Source: Pseudocitrobacter faecalis
Lineage (GTDB): Bacteria > Pseudomonadota > Gammaproteobacteria > Enterobacterales > Enterobacteriaceae
Reading direction: 5' to 3' (one strand)
Length of the DNA: 40,000 bases
NCBI RefSeq assembly: GCF_003315335.1
Contig: NZ_QNRL01000003.1
Of this stretch, positions 29,616-38,500 are shown in pieces. Every line of letters starts with the position of its first letter. The stretch's first letter is position 1. Under the pieces are notes generated by a model. It was not told the DNA's origin and did no database searches. It saw nothing but the letters and a program-made list of their open reading frames with translations. A program made the position numbers and the translations under genes.

Positions 29616-30456
29616 GGTCACTGAAATGCGCGCCGATAAGGCGCGCATCTTCAATATCCAGCGCTATTCGCTGAACGACGGTCAGGGCATCCGCACGGTG
29701 GTCTTTTTTAAAGGCTGCCCGCATCGCTGCCCGTGGTGCGCCAACCCGGAATCTCTGTCGCCCAGAATCGAAACCGTGCGCCGCGAGAGTAAATGCCTGC
29801 GCTGCGTTCGCTGCCGCCAGGATGCGGATGAGTGCCCGTCTGGCGCATGGGAACATATTGGCCGCGACGTCACGCTGGAACAGCTTGAGCGTGACGTGTT
29901 GAAAGATGAAATCTTCTTTCGCGCATCAGGCGGCGGTGTCACGCTGTCCGGTGGCGAAGTATTGATGCAGGCAGAATTTGCGACGCGATTTTTGCAGCGA
30001 TTGCGTCAGTTAGGCATTCGCACCGCGATTGAAACCGCAGGCGATACCGCATTCAGCCGTTTGCTGCCGCTGGCTCAAGCCTGTGATGAGGTTTTGTTTG
30101 ATCTCAAAATCATGGATGCCGAACGCGCCCGCGAGGTGCTGAATATCAATCAACCGCGCGTGCTGGATAATTTCCAGCGACTGCTGAAGGAAGGCATTCG
30201 GGTGACGCCGCGTTTACCGCTGATCCCCGGTTTTACGTTAACCGATGAAAATGTGGCGCAAATCCTGGCGTTTCTCGCCCCGTTTCCCATCGCGGAAGTG
30301 CATCTGTTACCGTTCCATCAGTATGGTGAACCCAAATACCACCAGCTCGATAAAGTCTGGCAGATGGCAGGCATCCCCGCCCCCGCGGAGCAGGATATCG
30401 CCCCGCTGCGGGAAAAAGTGGAACGCGCTGGCTATCGGGTGGTGATGGGCGGATAA
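29581..30456 (+). CDS. pflC: Glycyl-radical enzyme activating enzyme (radical SAM)
   Basis: 291 aa from MTSSAAPRISCEV, matching the recalled E. coli PflC N-terminus. It has the CPHRCPWC radical-SAM cluster motif and an extra Cys-rich ferredoxin-like insert (CLRCVRC...C). It overlaps the enzyme gene by 35 nt. An alternative start MRADKARIF lies at 29626. Confidence 0.82.
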   Translation: MTSSAAPRISCEVTEMRADKARIFNIQRYSLNDGQGIRTVVFFKGCPHRCPWCANPESLSPRIETVRRESKCLRCVRCRQDADECPSGAWEHIGRDVTLEQLERDVLKDEIFFRASGGGVTLSGGEVLMQAEFATRFLQRLRQLGIRTAIETAGDTAFSRLLPLAQACDEVLFDLKIMDAERAREVLNINQPRVLDNFQRLLKEGIRVTPRLPLIPGFTLTDENVAQILAFLAPFPIAEVHLLPFHQYGEPKYHQLDKVWQMAGIPAPAEQDIAPLREKVERAGYRVVMGG

Positions 30457-30810
30457 CTATTTCGTACTGGGTTTCTTGCGATATTTTTCAGGCAGTTCCG
30501 GTACAGGGCGTTTGTCATCAATCAGATGGCGGACGGTGAGAATCGGATGACGCCAGAGCATTCGTGGCCCGGCCCAGCGCATTATCCGCTTCATCTCTTC
30601 GCGCTTCGCCGGCTGATAACAGTGCACCGGGCACTGTTTGCAGGCCGGCTTTTCTTCACCGAATACGCATTTGTCGAGGCGTTTATCGGCATAACGGTTC
30701 AGCGCCTGATAGTGTTCCTCATCAGCTTGTGCATCCGGGCATTGCCGCTGATAAAGCGAAATCATGCAACGGATAGTCTGTTTTTCTCGTTCAATGCGTT
30801 TGCCTGACAT
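30457..30810 (-). CDS. ygbA: Nitrous-oxide-stimulated-promoter family protein (NsrR regulon in E. coli)
   Basis: 117 aa, collinear with recalled E. coli YgbA (…DKCVFGEEKPACKQCPVHCYQP…MLWRHPILTVRHLIDDKRP…). Confidence 0.9.
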   Translation of the reverse strand: MSGKRIEREKQTIRCMISLYQRQCPDAQADEEHYQALNRYADKRLDKCVFGEEKPACKQCPVHCYQPAKREEMKRIMRWAGPRMLWRHPILTVRHLIDDKRPVPELPEKYRKKPSTK

Positions 30811-30825
30811 AGCGCCCCCCTAAAT

Positions 30826-30848
30826 AAGTTGCATAGATAATACACCTT
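30826..30848. promoter_or_regulatory. NsrR-operator candidate overlapping the likely ygbA -10 element
   Basis: AAGTTGCATAGATAATACACCTT matches 16 of the 22 specified positions of the recalled 11-1-11 consensus AAGATGCATTTnAAATGCATCTT. The minus-strand TATTAT (-10 like) falls inside it. Further TGCAT-type repeats (tgcata-tcag-tatgca) lie at 30861-30876. Confidence 0.4.
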
Positions 30849-31021
30849 AAAAGGTGCGATTGCATATCAGTATGCGACATACCTTACAAATACTGTTTAT
30901 AATGCTGTGAGAAACTTACCAAGAGGCTCCAGACGCCTCATCCTATTGATGCAGAGTTTTATCAATAACTATCGTGCGAATATGAATGCTCCTCTATTTG
31001 AAAGAGATGACCCTCACTATT

Positions 31022-32455
31022 TTAAAGTAACCGCCGAAAATCTTGATATGGAATTGGTTTGCTATACAAATAACCCTGTCCCAATGTGACCCCTTTAGAA
31101 ATTAGTTTCACTGCTTGTTCACTATCTTCAATTCCTTCTGCAATCAGCGGTATTCCAGTTGATTTAGAAAGATGAATAATGTTATCAACAATATGCTCGC
31201 TAACGCCCCCATGAGTAAGCGTGTCAATAAACATCTTGTCAATCTTTAAAAACTTCGGCGCAATTTTCTGCAGCGCCTCATAATTTGAAAAACCAGTGCC
31301 GAAGTCATCCAGCGCCAAATCGGCCCCTGCATTTTTTAAGCGATCCCGAACATCTTCGCTTACAACATTTTGCTGGCGCTCTGTGATCTCCAGCATCACC
31401 CGAATACTTTTCTGATTCATTCGGGTAATAAATTCAATGCAGTTTTTTGTAAATCCGTCATCACTGAACGCTCCGGGGGGAACATTCAGCCCGATATGAA
31501 AACTTTTGCACACTACATTGCTTAATGCCTGCATGTCCTTTTCGATGTGTTTCATGAGGCCAAGCGTCATTTTGTTGATCTGACCACTTTGCTCAGCTGC
31601 GTTGATAAATTCATTCGGAGGTATAATTCCCTGCTCCGGATGTACCCAGCGAATAAGTGCCTCTGCGCCCACAATCTCACCGCTACTGAGTTCAACCACT
31701 GGCTGGTAATAAGGAACAAACTGATCATCATTAATAGCAGATTTGAGTTCTTTCATGGGAGAACGTTTCTGTAAATTCTTCAGGTGGAAAAAGAGACCTG
31801 CTGCGAGTGCAACAAAAATTGCGATTATATAGCGGTTATCTTTCAGATAATCTACCCAACTTTCCTGGGTGTTAAAGACAATCCAGAAAGGAAAGTTTGA
31901 AGATCCAGCCTGCATGAGGGGGTTACTTTTTGGCTCCAGTAGAAACTGGGCTTCAATATCCTCATCGCGTGAGAAATCATAAAGAATTTTATCTATTGCA
32001 GCTTTGTAGATGGCAACGGCCACGACTTGCTCTTTAACAGGGAAGTAGGTCATGTACATTTCAGTTCCCTGACGATTCACGTACTGCGTCATCAATGTGC
32101 GTGTCTTTGTGCCCTCGGAGTTAATTCCTAAAGACTGACGTCCTTCTAACGAAGAACATGACCATTCACCATTCTCAATAATATTAACCGAACGAATGTA
32201 TTCAACAGAGGCATTCATTCTGCTAAGCGAGCGAACGACTTCATCGGTACAGGTTTTTCCAATATAACTTCCCGCGATAGCGGCCATCGCCTGTGCGGAT
32301 TCGAACTCAGCATCAATAACACTAATGAGATCATTAAGTGAATTTTCTCTGACTTTTTTTTCATCTTGTTTCCACTGAATGAGTGAAGACAACACTCCAG
32401 ATAACAGAACCAGTAGTGCCAGCAATAGGGGTAGCACTTTTCTACGAAGAGACAT
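31022..32455 (-). CDS. CSS-motif-domain membrane c-di-GMP phosphodiesterase (EAL domain)
   Basis: 477 aa. It has an N-terminal TM helix, a periplasmic domain with conserved Cys residues (GKTCTD, WSCSSLEG), a second TM helix (YIIAIFVALAAGLFFHL) and an EAL domain. The catalytic signature is complete: EALIRW, N in PPNEF, EITE, DDFGTG, KIDK, EGIE, QGY. GC is about 35-40% by eye, versus about 55% in the flanking core genes. Confidence 0.85.
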   Translation of the reverse strand: MSLRRKVLPLLLALLVLLSGVLSSLIQWKQDEKKVRENSLNDLISVIDAEFESAQAMAAIAGSYIGKTCTDEVVRSLSRMNASVEYIRSVNIIENGEWSCSSLEGRQSLGINSEGTKTRTLMTQYVNRQGTEMYMTYFPVKEQVVAVAIYKAAIDKILYDFSRDEDIEAQFLLEPKSNPLMQAGSSNFPFWIVFNTQESWVDYLKDNRYIIAIFVALAAGLFFHLKNLQKRSPMKELKSAINDDQFVPYYQPVVELSSGEIVGAEALIRWVHPEQGIIPPNEFINAAEQSGQINKMTLGLMKHIEKDMQALSNVVCKSFHIGLNVPPGAFSDDGFTKNCIEFITRMNQKSIRVMLEITERQQNVVSEDVRDRLKNAGADLALDDFGTGFSNYEALQKIAPKFLKIDKMFIDTLTHGGVSEHIVDNIIHLSKSTGIPLIAEGIEDSEQAVKLISKGVTLGQGYLYSKPIPYQDFRRLL

Positions 32456-32476
32456 ATGTCATCCTAGATATTTATG

Positions 32477-32497
32477 ATGCGCCTCTGAGAGGCGCAT
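32477..32497. terminator. Hairpin in the autotransporter-phosphodiesterase spacer (terminator/attenuator candidate)
   Basis: atgcgcctc-tga-gaggcgcat has a 9-bp perfect stem and is flanked by AT-rich sequence on both sides (atttatg / atttatta). Confidence 0.4.
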
Positions 32498-32517
32498 ATT
32501 TATTACACCGGCAGAAT

Positions 32518-32544
32518 TTGCCAGGCAAACTGGTTGCCTGGCAA
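32518..32544. terminator. Second hairpin directly 3' of the autotransporter gene
   Basis: ttgccaggcaa-actgg-ttgcctggcaa has an 11-bp perfect stem. On the transcribed (minus) strand a T-run precedes rather than follows the stem, so it is not a canonical intrinsic terminator. Confidence 0.35.
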
Positions 32545-32563
32545 AAAGGTCAGGAGATGATTA

Positions 32564-35500
32564 TCAGAAGTTCCATTTCGCGCCGATCATCGCCGCACTG
32601 TCATTATAGCCTTTATCACCCACCTGCACGCCAACGTTGCCCCACAGGTTGAGACGCGGGCTGACCTGCCCTTCGACACCCACTTTCACCTCACCCAAGT
32701 TTTTCGCTCCTGCCTGGCTGACGTTTACGCCGTCCATCCGGGTGCTAAAATCACGAGTGTTGTGCAGCCAGTTAACTTCGGCAAACGGCTGGAACTCACG
32801 CTCTTTGCCGTTATCGAGCTGGCTGTGGCCTTTGATCCAGGTTTTCACCCCAAGGCGCGTTTGCACATTACCGTCACCGCTGCTGGTAATGCGGGTGCCG
32901 TTGCTTTCACGGTGATCATCGGCTTTCACGCCCATCCACACGGCCTGCGCCTGCGGCTGGATATACCATTCGTTGGTCGAACCTTCACGCGTCTGGTATT
33001 CCCCCATTTTCCAGGTGTAGCCGGTTTCCACCGAGGCGTTCACGCCTTTCGATTTATAGGATTCGCCCTGCAGGCCTTCACCCTTCACGCTGTTGTTAAA
33101 CCAGTTGTACTGCGCCCAAGTATCAACATACAGCCCGCTGTGCGTCTCATCGTTGGCATACCAGGTTGAGTAAACTCCGGCGGAATAGCCGTTCACCGAC
33201 CCTTTCGAACCATACTGCGTGCGTGACGAATGAGTATTGCTGTGGTCGTTGCCGTAACCGGCCATTAGCCCCAGGTGCCAGCGGTTGAGACCACTCTGGC
33301 TCCACTGCGCCACATCACCGCCCAGCTGAACGGCGTAGCGGTTGCTCTGCGTTTTGAGCTGACCGCTGCCATCACGCCAGTTGTTGTGGCCGCCCACATG
33401 GCGCATCCACATGCTGGTGACTTTTTGCTCACCGGTTAACGCGTCGATGAACTGTGTTTCACCCAGGCGATCGTGCAGACGGGTCACAAACAGGGTGTTA
33501 GCCGCCGCCAGGTTTGCGGTGTAGCTGCCGCCTTCCGGACGCAGATCCGGCGTTTCTTTATCACCCGGATCCGTGCCCGGGTCCGTTTTGCTGCTGTTCA
33601 GATACCAGTTACTGCTGTTTTCACCGGTACCGCGGTTCAGGGTGTAGTCATACGCCCCGGCAACAATACGGCCTTTCTGGGTGAAATCACCGTCGGACGC
33701 CCCCTCAACGGTAATAACTTCAATACCGTTGATGGTCGCCGCCCCTTTGCCCCCGGCGTTTGTCACCGTGACATACGTGTTGCCGGAGGTATCGCCTTCC
33801 ACCACCAGCTTATCGGTGACGGATTTATCGTCGCCGAGCGCGGTGTTAAGCGAAAGCAGCCCGTCGTTACCCGCATAGTTACCCTTAATCACCAGCTGGT
33901 TTCCGGCCTGCTTCCCGGAAACCCCGGTAGCCATCGTGCCGCTGTTAGTGACGTTTCCACCCACCGTAAAGGTGTGAGTGCCTGTGCTTTCAGCGGTGCC
34001 AACCTGAAGCAGACCGGCGTTGTCGATATCACCCGTCACGCCGCCGAACCCGGATAATTTCCCCTGATCTGCGATAGTGACCTGCGTGCTGCTCAGCACC
34101 ACTGAAGCGCTCTCGCTGCCCAGTTGCAGTCCGCCCTGCTCAATGTGTGTGCTACCGGTCCACGCGGCATTGTCGCCCACGGTGATGGTGCCGCTGCCGA
34201 GTTTGGTGACACTGCCTGCACCGGTAATGCTGTTGTTCAGCTCCCAGCTACTGGCGCTGTTGAGCACCAGGGAACCGGCGTTTTTCACCGCCGCATCGCC
34301 CAGATGTTCAGCCACGGACGCGGTAAGCTGCGATCCACCATCAATGTCAAAGGTTCCGGTAAACTCGCTGTTGTTACCGGCCAGCACCACATCGCTGTCG
34401 GTCAGTTCGACACTGCCGTTATCGCTGATGGCGTTGTACAGCACGCCTGCGGCATTACTTAACGCCAGCGTACCGGCCGCCACGATGTCACCAGTACCGA
34501 GGCCCAGCGTAGAGTTCAGCAACGCCGTGGCCCCTTCGGCAATCGTGGTTTTCGCGGTCATAGTGCTGTTTTCCCCCGTGACAGTCAGCGTTCCGCCGTT
34601 CAGGTTGAGCGCGCCGCTACCTGTTAAGGTGCCGTTCGCCTCACCGCCATCCGCAATCGTCAGGCTGCCACCATGGATATTCAGCAAAGAATCGACAGCG
34701 GCCGTCAGTTTACCGACCGTCTGGCTGTAGCCGTTCATATCAAAACCGGTGTCAGATGCCAGGCGCAGTTCGCTGGTCTGCCCCAGCACGTCGTTGTTAT
34801 TCATTAGCAGGTTGCCGCTACGCACATCGGTGATGCCGGTGTAGTCGTTATCCATATTGGAAAGTGACACGGTCTGGCCTTTGGCGCTGTCGAATGCCAA
34901 GTCGCCGGTGCCAGTGACGCGGGCGCTGAGGTCAGCGGCATTACCTGTTTTATCGTTGGCATCCAGCACCAGCGCGTTACTGCCGGACGCCAGCAGTTCA
35001 ACCTGCGTCAGCCCGTAGCTGATATACAACCCGTCGTCGTTTTCTCCACCGGTCAGGCGGTAGTCATAAGTGCCTTTGGCCACCACTTCATCATTCTGCT
35101 CGATGTCGGCCACCACGCCATCGCTGATGACGTTGCCGTCTTTGTCGGTTAACGTCAGGTTGCCCGCGCCACCCTGCACAGCGGAGTCAGAGGTGGCCAG
35201 TTTGATCAACTCCTGTGCGTCGTCCTGCTCAAGCAGGGAGAGCGTCGTATCCGCCTGTGGACGATCATTGCTGACGCTGCCGGTATCCACCTGAACGGTC
35301 CCGCGCCCACTCAGATCCATTTTACCCGCATGGATCGTACCATCCGCTTGCGTTTTGCCCGGCGTAACACCGTCGAAACTCACCGTGCCCCCGTTAAACG
35401 CCAGCCCGCCGATATTCTGTTCGCCCTTGCCGACATGCGTGTGGCTGCCTTCACCCGCGCTCAGCGTCGCTTTAGCCAGGGCCTGAGTATTTAATCCGGC

Positions 35501-38500
35501 CAGTTCAAAGGTGCTGTTTTGCAGCGCAAGCGTGCCCTGGAAACCGTCTGCGGCATTGTTAGCGGTAAAATCAAACGCCTTGCCGGACGCATCCACAGAC
35601 ACGGTCCCGGTTCCCGAGAGGTGGCTGTTGAACGCCATATCGCTGGTCGCGTTCAGTTGCAGCGTACTGTTCGTATCAATGCTGTAACCCGTATTCGCTG
35701 CATCATCTTTTGCGTCACCCAGGACGAAGTCGACGTTATTGACGGTAAACACGGAGTTGCTGGTCAGATCGATATGCTCCATGCCGGTAATAGCGTCGGC
35801 ACTGTTCAGAGTGTACTGTGCGTTCTGCAACCGGAGCGTGTCTTCACCTTCTCCACCATTCAGGCTGGTGAAGAGCGAGGTTTCCGTCGCCTTGATGTCT
35901 TTCAGCAAGAAGAGATCGCTGCCGTTACCGGTGGTGATATCGGTTGCCGTACTGCCGGACTCCAGCGTGACGGTGTTATCGCCACTCAGTAAATTGACCA
36001 TCCCGGTGATGCTGGCTTCCGCGGCATTGGTAAAGGCAATGCCCTTCCCTTTAACGATTTCCAGCGCTTTTTGCGAAGCATCCAGCGCGCGGATCACCCC
36101 TTTATTAAGGAAGCTTTCCAGAGAGCCGTTATCTGCATCGACCACCGCATGCGAAGTGGAAACCGACGTCAGCTCGCCCGACTGTTCAATATTTTTCGTG
36201 GTCCCGCCGACAACCAGCGCCTCTGCGCCATCGCTGTCCAGCACGTTGACGCTGGCACCTGTTTTCAGGTCTGCGGAGGAATTGGTGACGATCCCTTTAC
36301 CACCCGCCTGCTGGACGTTGATGACCAGATCGCGCGAGTCGGACATATCCAGGGTCTGATCGGTTTGCGAACCGTCCATACTTTCAAACAGGATGCCGGT
36401 TCCACTACCGGTAACGTTGATGGTGCCGGAGTTGGTCTGCGCCATGGAAGCCCCGGTATGTACCCCAATGCCGTTGCCGACGGTAATGTGGGTCTCTTTG
36501 AGCTGAATACCGACAAGGTTAGCCTGGTTTTCAATGGCGTTACCGCTGCTGCCCGCGGCCATTGTGATGGTTGCGCCATCAACGACCAGCCCTTTCGCCC
36601 CGCTTGCGAGCAGAATGGCGTGCGCCGTACCGTCAGCGGTGGTTTGCCCTTCACCGGTCAGTTTAAGCGACGCGTCGCTCCCGACCAGATACGCCGCGGT
36701 GCCATCGGTGGCAGAAACGGTCGCGCTATTGTTCACCACGGAATCTGCGCCCTGAATATTGACCGCCACGCCATTCACCTGAATATCGCCGTCGTTGTTC
36801 AGCGTACCGCCGGAAATCAGCACTCCGGTACTGTCCGACTGATCAAAATCAATAGTGCCTTTATGGTTCAGCGTACCACCATTACGAGCGATATAGCCGA
36901 AAGCGCCGTCAGCGGTGTTGGCCGTTTCAAGGGTGGCATAGCTGGTTAATACCGACTCACCTTTTTTGGCTTCAACGACTTCACCATCCAGGCCATAGTA
37001 GTTTCCGTCAACAATGCCCGCCGTTGTGCCCTTACCGGCGACTTTAACAATATCGGCATCCGCCGTGATTGTCCCCGTAGCACCGCCTTCAATACGAACG
37101 CCAGTTGAGCCTTCACCCATAATGCTTAACGCCAGCTTGCCGGAGTTAAAACTGCTACCTGCATCCGTCGTAAGGATAATGGTGGAGTTATCACCCGTTG
37201 CATTCATTTGCGACTTATTGGTACTAGAACCATCAAACGCAGCGCCGCCATCGACGCGATAAAGTGTCGAATCTGTGGTCGAAACCGTCTGATTACTAGT
37301 GGAATTATCGATTATTGACGATCCGGCACCATAGATGTAATACCCTGTCTGGTGACTCCCGGCATTGAAAGTGACCGTTCCGTCATCCACCAGGGTGATG
37401 GTGCCTTTATCACGCGCATGCACACCGATGGCATAATCGCCATTGAGATTGACTTCTCCTGATACCACCGCGAGGGCATCCTCACCGCTTGCCCGGATAC
37501 CGTAGTTAGCATAATGCGTGCCCTCATCAACACCGGAGTTGACGTTAATGACACCAGCGTGCGTGATTTTCCCCCCGGCTTCCACATCAATACCAACACT
37601 GTTTTGCCCGTTCTGATTGATAACGCCGTTGTTCACGACCCGGTTTTCACTGGTACCTGATTTTACGTTGATCCCCACGTTAGCAATCGAGGATTCGCCA
37701 GGCAGTTCGCCGTTGACCTCTATCGTGCCATTTTGATTCAACGTCGCGGTATTTTTAACAACAATAGCTGTTGCATTCGTTGTCTGAGAACCAATTACGA
37801 TTTTTGAGGCCGTGTCGCCGTTATAAGTCGCACTACCTGATAACAGAACACCGATGGAGTCTCCCGAAATACGAAGATCGTTAGTCGCATCCGAACCCTC
37901 ACGTTGAGCCTCCCGACCAATGTACAACATGCCGTTATGGTTAAATGTTGATTGCTGGCCGGCCTCAACACCTGTTGTGGCCGGTGTGCCAGTGGTACTC
38001 GTCTGCGCTGTTGATGCGACATTAATCGTGCCGTCATTTGTCAGCACCGCAGACGAAGAGAGTAGGACGCCTTTATTACTGTATTGAGAAGAGCTCGTTG
38101 CCAGGTTAATCACGCCAGTGGCATTGTTATTAACGGTGGATGTGCCGTTTGCCAGGATTGCCGTGTGCTGGCCTGCTGCGACTAATGTTGCGCTCGAATT
38201 CGATTTTTCAGCCATGTCAGGGTTAGTCCCTGCATCAACAACCCCGTTGTTCTCAAATACAGAACCACTACGTACGGCAACGACATAGGCCCCACGAAGC
38301 GTGTTGTTATTCGTCCCTAGTGTGCCTTCATTGATTAAGGTTGCACCATTTTCCAGGTTAACCAGCGATGCATCAGACCAAAAAAGTTGCAGACTAGCGT
38401 CTTTATCAATATTAATAACGGCATCTTTGCCGTTTCCGTGGATGTAGGAGACGGTATCGCGATTAACTGTTCCTCTAACTGCATCATCAGACGCAATCCC

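Noticed and set aside
30940-30975. Inverted repeat attgat-N10-atcaat downstream of the phosphodiesterase gene as an FNR or CRP-type site
   Set aside because: The spacing of 10 nt does not fit FNR (4 nt) or CRP (6 nt), and it lies 3' of the gene in AT-rich DNA. It is probably fortuitous.
30907-31089. 60-aa plus-strand ORF in the ygbA-phosphodiesterase spacer
   Set aside because: It has a GTG start with no Shine-Dalgarno, overlaps the 3' end of the EAL gene on the other strand, lies in AT-rich DNA where random ORFs are short-lived, and has no recognisable motif.
32383-32652. 89-aa plus-strand ORF bridging the phosphodiesterase start, the spacer hairpins and the autotransporter stop
   Set aside because: It runs antisense to two well-supported genes and through two perfect hairpins, and has no ribosome-binding site. 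It is a chance ORF.
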